Source of the DNA: Candidatus Amesbacteria bacterium
GTDB lineage: Bacteria > Patescibacteriota > Microgenomatia > CAZETR01 > Amesbacteraceae
Assembly: GCA_027331445.1 (NCBI GenBank)
Contig: DAHWUD010000003.1
Span: forward strand, 2,704 to 66,703
Direction: 5' to 3'
DNA length: 64,000 nt
The notes under the pieces are model-generated. The model saw only the letters and a list, made by a program, of their open reading frames with translations. It was not told the DNA's origin and did not search any database. Below are positions 20,046 through 29,253 of this stretch, piece by piece. The position numbers and the translations under genes are program-made. How positions within the stretch are numbered: position 1 is the first letter of the stretch; every line of letters begins with the position of its first letter.

Positions 20046-21380
20046 ATGAAAAATCGGCAGGAAGTGATCTCGATTTTAGGAGTAATAGCCCTGGCGGTGG
20101 GACTGCCGATAATCCTGAAGGCGGCGAACAGCCTGATGCGAAGCGGAGTGACGGCTGAGGGCAGACTGGCGGCAATAAACGTGGAGACGGACAGGAGCTT
20201 GGGACCGATGCCCAAACCCTGGCTGGCCCTGGCCCAGGGAGGACAGAACCAGGAAACTTTTCTGGTGACCAATGCTTCAGCCGTAGCGCAACTGAAACCG
20301 GAATATATCAGAATAGACCATATCTTTGACGGCTTCGGAGTGGTGGGGAGAGACCAGCAGGGGGGGCTAACATTTGACTGGAGCAGATTGGACGCTGTGG
20401 TCGGGGAAATGACCAATATGGGGGCCAAGCCGTTTTTGGTACTGTCTTACATGCCACCGGTACTGGCAACGACGGACGAGGTATCCGAGCCGAGAAACTG
20501 GAACGACTGGTCTGAGGTTGTACAAAAGACCATAGAACATTACAGCGGGAGCTTGGGCATTGATGGAGTGTATTATGAGGTCTGGAATGAGCCGAACTGG
20601 TTCGGAAATTGGACGATGGGAGGAACGAAAGATTACAGAAACCTGTACGCATACGCCGCGGCGGGGGCGCAGGCGGCAAAGAACACCAAGCCGTTTAAAA
20701 TCGGGGGGCCGGCAACTACGGGGCTGTACAAAAACTGGCTGGACGGGTTTTTGGACTGGGCCCTGGCCAATAAAGTGCGGATGGATTTTTATTCATGGCA
20801 TAGGTATGACCTGGATATGAGCCAATATCAAGCGGATATTCAGCAAATAGAAGCTTACAAACAAACCCACCCCAACTATGCCGGCCTGGAAACTTTAATC
20901 ACGGAGACGGGGGCAAACAGTAAAGCTGGCGGGGATAACGACAATGATATCGGGGCGGCGCAGGCCGTGGCAGTAGAAAGAGCCATGATGGCGAAAGTAA
21001 ATTACGCTTTTAATTTTGCCGTGGCAGGCGATTGGGGTCTGGTGGGCAAACCCCGATATACGGCTTTGGCATTTTTGACGGCGCTGGGCGACGAGAGGCT
21101 GCCCGTAACTGGCGAGGGAAGCTGGGTGGAAGCGGTGGCGGCCAGGAAGGGGGAGACAGACCAGGTGGTGGTAACAAACTACGACCCCAAAAATCAACAC
21201 AGTGAGACGGTGCCCATGACATTTATGAATTTACAAAATCAGAATTTTACTTTAAAAACCACTACCCTCGAAGGAGTCAGCACAACCACGAAAGTGGCAA
21301 CGACAGCCGCGGTGCTGCAAACGCAAATTCCCATGCCGCCAAACGAGGTGGTGCTGGTGGAACTAACCCCAGGATCCTAG
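20046..21380 (+). CDS. Clan GH-A glycoside hydrolase (GH5/GH39-like) with N-terminal signal anchor
   Basis: YYEVWNEPNW (acid/base NEP) and LITETGAN (nucleophile TE) spaced as in (beta/alpha)8 GH-A enzymes; hydrophobic N-terminus. Confidence 0.7.
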   Translation: MKNRQEVISILGVIALAVGLPIILKAANSLMRSGVTAEGRLAAINVETDRSLGPMPKPWLALAQGGQNQETFLVTNASAVAQLKPEYIRIDHIFDGFGVVGRDQQGGLTFDWSRLDAVVGEMTNMGAKPFLVLSYMPPVLATTDEVSEPRNWNDWSEVVQKTIEHYSGSLGIDGVYYEVWNEPNWFGNWTMGGTKDYRNLYAYAAAGAQAAKNTKPFKIGGPATTGLYKNWLDGFLDWALANKVRMDFYSWHRYDLDMSQYQADIQQIEAYKQTHPNYAGLETLITETGANSKAGGDNDNDIGAAQAVAVERAMMAKVNYAFNFAVAGDWGLVGKPRYTALAFLTALGDERLPVTGEGSWVEAVAARKGETDQVVVTNYDPKNQHSETVPMTFMNLQNQNFTLKTTTLEGVSTTTKVATTAAVLQTQIPMPPNEVVLVELTPGS

Positions 21381-23143
21381 TAAACGCGAAGAAGCGACAA
21401 AAAAGCTTCCTGGGGGATGTCGACACGGCCGACGCGTTTCATGCGGGATTTGCCTTTTTTTTGTTTTTTGAGGAGTTTGTCTTTTCTGGTCTGATCGCCG
21501 CCGGACATTTTGGCGAGAACATCCTTTCTGAAAGCTTTGATGTCGCTTCGGGCCACGATATGCCCGCCTATTGCGGCCTGGATGGCAATTTCAAACTGCT
21601 GACGGGGAATAATACCAGCCAGACGCTGAACCAACTCCTGACCAATGGAGATGGCCTGAGACCGGGGGACGATCTGGGATAAAGAGTCGACCAGGTCGCC
21701 GGCAACCAGAACATCCAATTTGACCAGATCGGCGGCGACATAGCCCGTGAGCTCATAATCGAGAGTGGCAAAGCCCTGGGAAACGCCCTTGAGCTGGTCA
21801 TAAAAACCGCGGATTAACTCGGCCAAGGGCAAGGTATAAGTAAGGTGAATTAGTTTGCCCAGATACTGCATGTCCTGCTTTTTGCCCCGGTGGTCCTGAC
21901 AAAGCTGCATGACACCACCGACGAAGGATTCGGGGACGAAGAGGGACAAATTGATCACGGGCTCGCGGATGGCCCGAATAAATGAGGGGTCGGGCAGGTC
22001 GAGGGCTTTGGAGATGGTATAAGTATCCCCTTTTACCGTGACGATCTGGTAGCTGACTGACGGGGTGGCCGCGATTAAAGACAGATTGAATTCGCGTTCC
22101 AGGCGTTCCTGAACCACGTCGGCGTGCAGCAGGCCCAGGAGACCGACGCGAAAGCCGTTGCCCAGGGCGGGAGAAAATTCCGGCGTAAACTCCAGGGAAC
22201 TATCCTGAAGCCGCAATTTGGACAGGGCGTCACGAAGGGCATTAATCTCGTCTCCGTCGGTGGGGTAAAAACTGACAAAGACGACGGGTTTGATCTGTTT
22301 ATAACCGGGCAGAGGAGAAGCGACAGGCAGAGCAGAAAGAGTGTCGCCGACAGTGAGAGCGGAAATATCCTTGAGTCCGGTGACGACATAGCCGACCTCT
22401 CCGGCGGAAAGGGAATCACGGGTCTGCCGCCCCGGAGCGAAAATGCCGACTTCGATAGCGGCGGTATGGGCATGAGTGGCCAAAAGATAAAATTTGTCGT
22501 GACGGCGGACGGCGCCATCGATCAACCTGACCCAAGCCACGACGCCCAGGTGCAGATCAAAATTGGAGTTGAAGACCAAGGCCCGCAGGGGGGCAGCCGG
22601 CGAACCGGAAGGAGGAGGAATACGGTCAATGACGGATTGCAGAAGTTCGGGAACCCCAGCGCCGGTTTTGCCGGAGACAAGCAGGATGGAATCCGGGTCA
22701 AAGTTTAAGATCTCGTGAAGCTGGCGTTTAGTGCCCTCAATATCGGCGGTGGTGATGTCAATTTTGTTGATGACGGGAATGACGGCCAAATTTAATTTTT
22801 GGGCTTCCCGGAAATGAGCCAGGGTTTGGGCCTGGATGCCCTGGGTGGCATCAACCAACAAGATGGCCCCTTCGCAGGCGGCCAAGGAACGGCTGACTTC
22901 GTAGGAAAAGTCGACATGGCCCGGGGTATCGATTAAATTCAGAATATGCCCCTGGTACTCCATTCTGACCGGGGCGAGTTTGATGGTAATCCCCCGCTCC
23001 CGTTCGATGGGATTACTGTCCAAAAGCTGGGAGCGCATGTCCCGGGCAGCTACGGTGCCGGTCAGTTCCAGCAGGCGGTCGGCCAGGGTGGATTTGCCGT
23101 GGTCCACGTGGGCAATAATGGCGAAATTTCGGATATTTTCCAT
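21377..23143 (-). CDS. lepA: Elongation factor 4 (LepA)
   Basis: 588 aa, NFAIIAHVDHGKSTLADRLL G-domain; LepA-specific C-terminal domain with a basic tail. Confidence 0.96.
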   Translation of the reverse strand: MENIRNFAIIAHVDHGKSTLADRLLELTGTVAARDMRSQLLDSNPIERERGITIKLAPVRMEYQGHILNLIDTPGHVDFSYEVSRSLAACEGAILLVDATQGIQAQTLAHFREAQKLNLAVIPVINKIDITTADIEGTKRQLHEILNFDPDSILLVSGKTGAGVPELLQSVIDRIPPPSGSPAAPLRALVFNSNFDLHLGVVAWVRLIDGAVRRHDKFYLLATHAHTAAIEVGIFAPGRQTRDSLSAGEVGYVVTGLKDISALTVGDTLSALPVASPLPGYKQIKPVVFVSFYPTDGDEINALRDALSKLRLQDSSLEFTPEFSPALGNGFRVGLLGLLHADVVQERLEREFNLSLIAATPSVSYQIVTVKGDTYTISKALDLPDPSFIRAIREPVINLSLFVPESFVGGVMQLCQDHRGKKQDMQYLGKLIHLTYTLPLAELIRGFYDQLKGVSQGFATLDYELTGYVAADLVKLDVLVAGDLVDSLSQIVPRSQAISIGQELVQRLAGIIPRQQFEIAIQAAIGGHIVARSDIKAFRKDVLAKMSGGDQTRKDKLLKKQKKGKSRMKRVGRVDIPQEAFLSLLRVY

Positions 23144-23173
23144 GAGGCTATTTTAACAAATCTTCTCCCTAGC

Positions 23174-23578
23174 CCCTCCTCTTTAATAAAGAGGGGGGAG
23201 ATTTCGGTTTCTCTGGCTTTAATTTTTGTCTTCAAATCCTAAATTGTTATTTCAAGTTCATTTCGTGGTCTAACGATTCTTTATTGCGTGTGAGTTCCCG
23301 TCGATTTCGACGGCTAATGATAGTTTCGGGCAAGAGAAATCCAAGATAAATTGACCGAGAGGTTTTTGCCCTAAAAACCGATATCTGGTTTTGTCTTTTC
23401 TGAGGGCAAGATTCCAAAAAAGAGATTCTGCTTTAGTCTGGTTTGTCCTGTTGGTTCGAGATATCGGCTTAAGTTGTTCAAGATATCTAAATATTCCATT
23501 CCTGCCGGCAGGCAGGTCAACCCCTCTTTGAAAAAGAGGGGGAGTCCTTGGATTGTTTTCCCCCTTTCGCAAAGAGGG
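23174..23578. repeat. Three related short palindromic hairpins (core CCCCTCTTT-loop-AAAGAGGGG) at 23174-23198, 23521-23541 and 23561-23578
   Basis: Read directly: the first stem is 11 bp with one G·U pair, the second 9 bp, the third 7 bp with a 1-nt bulge. All share the same arm sequence within about 400 bp of degenerate sequence. Confidence 0.6.
23270..23572 (-). pseudogene. Truncated DUF559 (very-short-patch-repair-like endonuclease domain) fragment
   Basis: ...TNQTKAESLFWNLALRKDKTRYRFLGQKPLGQFILDFSCPKLSLAVEIDGNSH matches the DUF559 core but stops about 40 aa early. The N-terminal extension overlaps the hairpin repeats and is probably not coding. Confidence 0.5.
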
Positions 23579-23593
23579 AATGAAAAGGGAGAT

Positions 23594-24148
23594 TTAAGTA
23601 AGAAAGTAGGTCCAGCCGGGCTGCCAGGTCCAGGGAGCAGAAACTGCGTCCGTGACAGAAACTCCTTTGATCCAGTGCTCCAGACTGTACTGGGTAGCCC
23701 GATGGCCAATGATCAGGACGCGCCGGCCATCGTATTTGGATTTGAGATCTTTGAGAAATTCACCCATTCTGACAGCCGCTTGCCCGTAACTTTCGCCATG
23801 AGGAAAGGGGGTGGTGATATGTAAGGGTTTGGCGGCATCGACCTCGCTGCTGGGATGACAGGTGAGGTCGCCGTAGTCGCACTCCCGCAGACGAGGGTCT
23901 TGAATTATGGGAAATTTGTGGCCGAAGGCAATGGCGGCAGTTTTGTAAGAGCGCTGCAAATCGGAACAAAAAACGGCCGTAAATGTTTCTGATCCCCTTC
24001 TCGCTCCCAATTCCCCGGACTGTTTGACGCCTAATTCGGATAAAGCAACATCGTTATGTCCTGATGAAATATGGTTTTCGTTATCCAAAGTAGTGGAGTG
24101 GGGTTCAAAGATTATTTCGACCATAGGAAGGATTCTAGCAAAATCCAA
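23594..24148 (-). CDS. Histidine phosphatase superfamily (PGAM-like) protein
   Basis: VEIIFEPHSTTLDNENHISSGHNDVALSELGVKQ (RHG-like motif with catalytic His retained) and downstream IIGHRATQ (second His). Confidence 0.65.
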   Translation of the reverse strand: MDFARILPMVEIIFEPHSTTLDNENHISSGHNDVALSELGVKQSGELGARRGSETFTAVFCSDLQRSYKTAAIAFGHKFPIIQDPRLRECDYGDLTCHPSSEVDAAKPLHITTPFPHGESYGQAAVRMGEFLKDLKSKYDGRRVLIIGHRATQYSLEHWIKGVSVTDAVSAPWTWQPGWTYFLT

Positions 24149-24174
24149 AGAGTGATGTTATATTCGGGTTAGTT

Positions 24175-24750
24175 ATGGGCGGAAATCGAGAAATAGAAAT
24201 CAAGGTGCAGATTGAAGACAGTAAGGGGCTGCTGGCGTTTTTGAAGAGAAAAGGGACATATTTGGGAGAGGAACGGCAAATTGACGAGTACTATTCGCCA
24301 AGACACAGAGACTTTACCCGGGAAAGGCCAACCCGGGAGTGGTTAAGGTTAAGAAAAGAAGGAGATAAAAGTTCGATAAATTATAAAAATTGGCATTATG
24401 ACAAAGACGGCAGGAGTTATTTTTGTGATGAATATGAGTCCGGGGTAGACAATGCGGAGAGATTGGAAAAAATATTTTCGGCACTGGATATCAAACCGGT
24501 GGTAATCGTAGATAAGATCAGGAAAAAATGGTTGGCGGATAGTTATGAGATTGCAATAGATCGGGTAAAGAATTTGGGGGATTTTGTTGAAGTGGAATAT
24601 AAAGGCAAGGCGAAAAAGGAGCCCAGAATAATTTCCCGGGAAATGGTGGCCTGGCTAAGGCAATTCAAGCCGGGGAAAATTTGCAGGAATTTGGTGGGGT
24701 ACCCGTTTCAACTGTTGTTTCCAAAAGAAGTCAAAGTGGAAGAAGTGTAG
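24175..24750 (+). CDS. CYTH-domain protein (CyaB / thiamine-triphosphatase-like triphosphate tunnel metalloenzyme)
   Basis: N-terminal EIEIKVQI (ExExK) motif and alternating charged beta strands typical of CYTH. Confidence 0.65.
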   Translation: MGGNREIEIKVQIEDSKGLLAFLKRKGTYLGEERQIDEYYSPRHRDFTRERPTREWLRLRKEGDKSSINYKNWHYDKDGRSYFCDEYESGVDNAERLEKIFSALDIKPVVIVDKIRKKWLADSYEIAIDRVKNLGDFVEVEYKGKAKKEPRIISREMVAWLRQFKPGKICRNLVGYPFQLLFPKEVKVEEV

Positions 24751-24929
24751 CTAGTTAGGTAAAATCAGCCCATGTTCGGCAAATAAAGGGCTGCAGGTCC
24801 ACCCAAGCCTGGTGGCTTATGGTGGTTCTGACGGTGTGGGTAAGGATGAGATCATAAGGAACGTATTCTGAGCGTGCGGAAATAGCTGATTATACACATG
24901 CTTGGGGATACGGTCGGGCACTTCCGGCG

Positions 24930-25211
24930 GTGGAAAGAGCGCTGGGGGAAGGAAAGTTGGTAGTGGTAAAAAAACCACTTAATTTTCTGATGCATGCCAT
25001 TAGGTTGGGTCCGTCTCACGTAGGCTATTTTGAAAGGCTGATCGCATCCGGCAAGGCGACTAACGAGTTATGGCCGGCGGTCTGGATAGAAATCACGGCC
25101 ACACCCGAGGATATCGTGGAAAATCTTAAAGACAGAGAGGCGGCGAAATTGAACACTGTCAATGATCCCTTTCCGGCCGTAGAGCATGTGAATGAATACT
25201 TAAAGGCGTAA
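24930..25211 (+). CDS. Hypothetical protein (GTG start), unknown function
   Basis: 93-aa ORF only; a 179-bp non-coding stretch precedes it; no family recognised. Confidence 0.3.
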   Translation: MERALGEGKLVVVKKPLNFLMHAIRLGPSHVGYFERLIASGKATNELWPAVWIEITATPEDIVENLKDREAAKLNTVNDPFPAVEHVNEYLKA

Positions 25212-25372
25212 GAGAAGGTCGTGGAGTTTGTTAAACAGGTGCCCGTTAACGGCGAGGCGAAGTTTGTTGAGGTGGCAAATCCCAGAGTGAATTCAAGTGA
25301 ATTGGACGGAGCATTACGATTGTTGGCAATTCAGGTAATGGCCTGCCTGCCGCTGCAAAAACAGGAAAAGAA

Positions 25373-25894
25373 TTAATTTTTATAACCCTGCCGGAGTTTT
25401 TCGAACATGAGACGCTGGCTATGCCAACCAATCGGGGGCAGTTTATCCAAATCAAACCAAGCGACGGCGCTGTTTTCCTGCGGGTCTCCCGGATCCAGGC
25501 GGCCGGAAACTTTGATTTTGTACATGAAGGCAAAGTGGCCGAGCGCACGGGGGTCGTCATCAACCTGGATGACATCAAGTAAGCGGGAAGAGACGACCTG
25601 ATAGCCCGTCTCCTCTTTGATTTCCCGAATTAAAGTGTCGCGGGGATGTTCACCATAGGAAACGAAACCTGCGGGAAACATCCAGGTACCCCGATACGGC
25701 TCACGCAGCCGCCTGACCATAAGAACCCGGTGATTCTTGATGGCAATCCCGCAGGCGGAGGTAAAGACATGAGGGTAGTAAGTCCAACGACAAGAATGGC
25801 AAAACTTGCGGTCATAGCCCTCTTCCTGCCGGATAGCTAATTCCTGACCGCATAAGGGACAAAATTTATAATCGGGAGGAGAAATATTTAACAT
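25373..25894 (-). CDS. NUDIX hydrolase with N-terminal C4 zinc ribbon
   Basis: Nudix box GFVSYGEHPRDTLIREIKEETG; N-terminal CPLCG...CHSCRW zinc ribbon (NudC-like architecture). Its start is 3 nt after the murJ stop. Confidence 0.8.
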   Translation of the reverse strand: MLNISPPDYKFCPLCGQELAIRQEEGYDRKFCHSCRWTYYPHVFTSACGIAIKNHRVLMVRRLREPYRGTWMFPAGFVSYGEHPRDTLIREIKEETGYQVVSSRLLDVIQVDDDPRALGHFAFMYKIKVSGRLDPGDPQENSAVAWFDLDKLPPIGWHSQRLMFEKLRQGYKN

Positions 25895-25896
25895 GA

Positions 25897-27576
25897 TTAA
25901 TTCTGGTCCGGGGCGGGAAGGATGACGGGCTCGCTCAAAGTTTCGGTGACGGGAGAGAACAGCTCGTGGAAATGGGAAATTCTTTTGGTGAGAGCGATTA
26001 ATTCATAAAGCTGGGGGATACGGAAAAGAAAAGATAGAAAGAGATAAGTGATCAGACCAATAAAGGTGGTAACCAGGGTGAGAGCCAAAAGGGGCAGGGT
26101 GTGGGTGGTATCGAAGACAAATTGATCCAACAGGTGCATGGGGAGCCACAAACTGATGCCGGTAATGAAACTAATGATGAGCATTTTGGTAAAGGCGGTG
26201 ATGACCGAGTGTCGGAGTTCTGACGGCAGGTGCAGACGGCGGTGGAGAAGAAAAACCAAGGCCAAGGCCTCGATAATGGTAGTGGAGGAAATGGCAATGG
26301 CCAAGCCGGCGACACCCCAGTGAAAGAGAAGGACAGCGCTAATCCCGGCCAGGGTATCAAAAACGGCGGCACCCAAACCGACGAATAAAGGAGTGCGAGT
26401 GTCGTGCAGAGAATAAAAACCGCGGACGACCAATTGGGTAATGGCAGAGGCGGAAGCGGAAAGAGCCAGTATGGCCAAAGTTTTCCCGGTTAAGAGGGTG
26501 GCGGCCCAGGGAAAGGAACTGGCACCGAAGACGATACGGACGATGGGAATGCGTAAAATAATAAATAGGGTGCTTAAGGGAAGGGCCAAAAAGGCAACCT
26601 GCAAAAGGGAGTCGGTAAGAGTCTGTAAAAAACGGCGCTTATCGGCCTGGGAGTATTCCAGGGACAAGGTGGGAAGAGCGGCCTGACCGATAGTGACCCC
26701 AAAAAGAGAGGAAGGCAAGGCATAAAGTAGGCGAGCAACGTTGAGAATGGTCAGAGACCCGGAAGCTAAAAGAGAGGCCAGGATAACGGAAACAAACTGT
26801 TCAATCTGGTCGATACCCAGAGCGGCGGACCGGGGAGGAATGAGAACGATCATTTCCCGGACGCCGGGATGGGACAGGTCGAGGCGGGGAATAAATCTAA
26901 AGCCGAGTCTCAGAGCCAGAGGCAGCTGAATCAGCATGTGAACGGCGGCACCAATGACCACACCCCAAGCCGGGCCAAAAATACCCATGGAGGGAGAGAG
27001 AAAAATGATGCCGAAGATGATGCCCAGGTTATAGGCTACGGGGGCCAGGGCGGGAATTAAAAACCGCTGATGGGACTGGATCATGCCGGTAAGAAAGCCG
27101 GAAACACAAAAGAAAAGCTGGGCTATCAGCATGACCCGTAAAAGCGAGGTCATGGTAAGAATTTGGGCGGAATTAAAACCCGGAGCAATAAGCCGCGAGA
27201 ACTGAGGGGCGAAGAGGAAAATCAGGCCCGAGATAACCATAAAAACCATCAAGATTAAATTGAGGGACATGGCGGCTATATACCAGGCTTCGGAGGCTTT
27301 TTTGGCCAGAAAGCGGGTAAAAGTGGGGATAAAAGCGGCGGAGAGGGAGCCGATAACCAGAAGCTGAAAAATCGTGTCCGGAATGACAAATGCGGCGTAG
27401 TAAACATCCAAGAGCGGGGCTTTCGAGCCGAAAAAAGCGGAGATTAAAAGACGGGTTTTGACCAGACCGATAGCACTGGAGAGGGCGTAAGTAATCATGA
27501 TGATGAAAGCGGCGGAGAGGATGTGGGTTTGGCGGCGAAGAAGGAAAGAAGAGCTGTTTTTGAGAAGTTCTTTCAT
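25897..27576 (-). CDS. murJ: Lipid II flippase MurJ (MviN family)
   Basis: Multi-TM MOP flippase with the ...LDVYYAAFVIPDTIFQLLVIGSLSAAFIPTF... MurJ N-lobe signature. Start chosen at MKELLKN (the listed ORF extends to 27630). Confidence 0.8.
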   Translation of the reverse strand: MKELLKNSSSFLLRRQTHILSAAFIIMITYALSSAIGLVKTRLLISAFFGSKAPLLDVYYAAFVIPDTIFQLLVIGSLSAAFIPTFTRFLAKKASEAWYIAAMSLNLILMVFMVISGLIFLFAPQFSRLIAPGFNSAQILTMTSLLRVMLIAQLFFCVSGFLTGMIQSHQRFLIPALAPVAYNLGIIFGIIFLSPSMGIFGPAWGVVIGAAVHMLIQLPLALRLGFRFIPRLDLSHPGVREMIVLIPPRSAALGIDQIEQFVSVILASLLASGSLTILNVARLLYALPSSLFGVTIGQAALPTLSLEYSQADKRRFLQTLTDSLLQVAFLALPLSTLFIILRIPIVRIVFGASSFPWAATLLTGKTLAILALSASASAITQLVVRGFYSLHDTRTPLFVGLGAAVFDTLAGISAVLLFHWGVAGLAIAISSTTIIEALALVFLLHRRLHLPSELRHSVITAFTKMLIISFITGISLWLPMHLLDQFVFDTTHTLPLLALTLVTTFIGLITYLFLSFLFRIPQLYELIALTKRISHFHELFSPVTETLSEPVILPAPDQN

Positions 27577-27588
27577 GTGTGTTATTAT

Positions 27589-27837
27589 ATGGCGGCTATG
27601 CCGCAAACTGTAGGGGCAATCAGGAAACAAAGGGCCGATAAACGCAAGGCAATGTTGAACGCTAAAACCAGGCGGGAAGCTGCGGAAGCGGTAGCGGGGT
27701 TACGAAGGAAACCGACCAAAAGCGCACTCCAGAAGGCTTATAAAAGTCTGGATAAGGCAGTTAAAAAAGGAGTAATCCATAAAAATAAAGCCGCCAGGCT
27801 GAAGTCGCGGCTCACCAAGCTGGTAGCCAAAAAGTAA
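27589..27837 (+). CDS. rpsT: 30S ribosomal protein S20
   Basis: ...AIRKQRADKRKAMLNAKTRRE...GVIHKNKAARLKSRL... bS20 helical pattern. Divergent from murJ with about 12 bp between the starts. Confidence 0.85.
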   Translation: MAAMPQTVGAIRKQRADKRKAMLNAKTRREAAEAVAGLRRKPTKSALQKAYKSLDKAVKKGVIHKNKAARLKSRLTKLVAKK

Positions 27838-27855
27838 AGTTGGTATACTGAGGGC

Positions 27856-28392
27856 ATGCCCGCTGCCCAAGAAGAAAGAATCAATTTGCTGGCGCCCTCG
27901 GAATTTGAGATGTCGTTTTGGGGAAAGTTTTTGAGATGGGCGGTAACGACAGGCAGATACGTAATAATTGTGACGGAGCTGATTGTAATTGTGGCTTTTC
28001 TGTCGAGATTTAAGCTGGATACACAAGTGGCGGGTCTAAAGGATGATATCCAGGGCAAAAAAAACGTGCTGGATGCCCAGGCCACGGTAGAAACCCAGTT
28101 TGTGCAGGTACAGAAAAAGCTGGCAGCGGCAGGAACTTTGCTTAATAGTACGCTTAACGCCGGCGATGAGATTGCGGCCGTCGACCGAACAGTACCGCCC
28201 GGACTGAGATTTACCGATTTTTCGATCAGCAAGGATAGGGATACGATCGGGGCGGATGTGGTAGACAGCGGAAGTTTGGGTCTGATGTTGGGGCAAATGA
28301 GCCGGAGCGGCCGCTGGAAAACCGTAGAGGTTACCGGGCTGGCGGCTGACGCGATAAAAGGAATTACTTTGTCGCTGACACTGACACGCTAA
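27856..28392 (+). CDS. PilN-like type IV pilus assembly protein
   Basis: N-terminal ERINLLAP (INLLP motif), a single TM, then a periplasmic coiled-coil/ferredoxin-like region. Confidence 0.6.
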   Translation: MPAAQEERINLLAPSEFEMSFWGKFLRWAVTTGRYVIIVTELIVIVAFLSRFKLDTQVAGLKDDIQGKKNVLDAQATVETQFVQVQKKLAAAGTLLNSTLNAGDEIAAVDRTVPPGLRFTDFSISKDRDTIGADVVDSGSLGLMLGQMSRSGRWKTVEVTGLAADAIKGITLSLTLTR

Positions 28393-28393
28393 T

Positions 28394-29056
28394 ATGGCCT
28401 TAGATTACAAAAGCAGCCTGGCAAGATACCGCCGGTATCTACAGGTGATGAGGGAGCAGCCTTTAATTCAGGCCGGGGTATGGACGGCGCTGTCGCTGGG
28501 GCTGGTGATCGCGGTGATTGTGCTGGCGCTGAAGCCGACTCTGATGGCAATTGCCGGACTGCTGGGGCAAATCAAAGAAGACAGCACTATTGTGACCAAG
28601 CTGGATGACAAAATTGTCAAAATGCAGAAAGCCAGCAGTGAGCTGCAAGCACTTTTACCGAGGGAGGCGGTATTGGATGAGGCACTACCGTCACAGACAA
28701 ATTGGGACAGTTGGACGGCAAAAATGTTCAGCATCGCCAGCCAGAGCGGGGTCCAAGTTATGCAATTGTCGGTAGGACCGGCGGTGATTTCCGGGACGAC
28801 GATCCCACCCCGAAAAATCAACAACGGAGTAATTCCGACCACGGATAAAGTGACTTTACCGGAGGGAGTGCAGGGGCTCAACTTTACGATCACCGCCGAG
28901 GGGGGTTATGATCAATTAAAGCAGATGGTAAGCTCGATCGAAGAAAACAGAAGATTAAATATCCTGACGGGAGTTGAATTTTCCGCTGTTAAAGATAACG
29001 GCGGCGGGGCAAGTTTGTCGGCAAATGTTAGAGGAGTAGCTGCTTTCATGCCATGA
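28394..29056 (+). CDS. PilO-like type IV pilus assembly protein
   Basis: Single N-terminal TM, coiled coil, C-terminal domain; 2 nt after pilN-like. Confidence 0.5.
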   Translation: MALDYKSSLARYRRYLQVMREQPLIQAGVWTALSLGLVIAVIVLALKPTLMAIAGLLGQIKEDSTIVTKLDDKIVKMQKASSELQALLPREAVLDEALPSQTNWDSWTAKMFSIASQSGVQVMQLSVGPAVISGTTIPPRKINNGVIPTTDKVTLPEGVQGLNFTITAEGGYDQLKQMVSSIEENRRLNILTGVEFSAVKDNGGGASLSANVRGVAAFMP

Positions 29057-29253
29057 GAAGAAAAAGGTGGGATAAAGATCTGGTATTTTTGCTGGTGACG
29101 ACTTTGATTATGGTAGCGTCGTGGGTGGGGTTAGAAGTTTATCAGGCTTATGTGAATGTAACGCTGCCGCCCGGCCTGGAAAAACACCTCACACCATTTG
29201 ACCCTATTTTAAAAACCGGAGTTCTTGATAAACTAGAGGGGAGGAGTTTATGA
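29053..29253 (+). CDS. Small single-pass membrane protein (66 aa)
   Basis: ATGA overlaps with both neighbours; one TM (LVFLLVTTLIMVASWVGL). Confidence 0.45.
   Translation: MRRKRWDKDLVFLLVTTLIMVASWVGLEVYQAYVNVTLPPGLEKHLTPFDPILKTGVLDKLEGRSL

Noticed and set aside
24751-24935. Specific riboswitch identity (TPP, ZTP/pfl, fluoride, SAM) for the 179-bp leader
   Set aside because: Individual conserved segments of those classes (e.g. the CUGAGA-ACCUGAUC of TPP, or the pfl pseudoknot) are not present in recognisable form. Only generic hairpins are visible.
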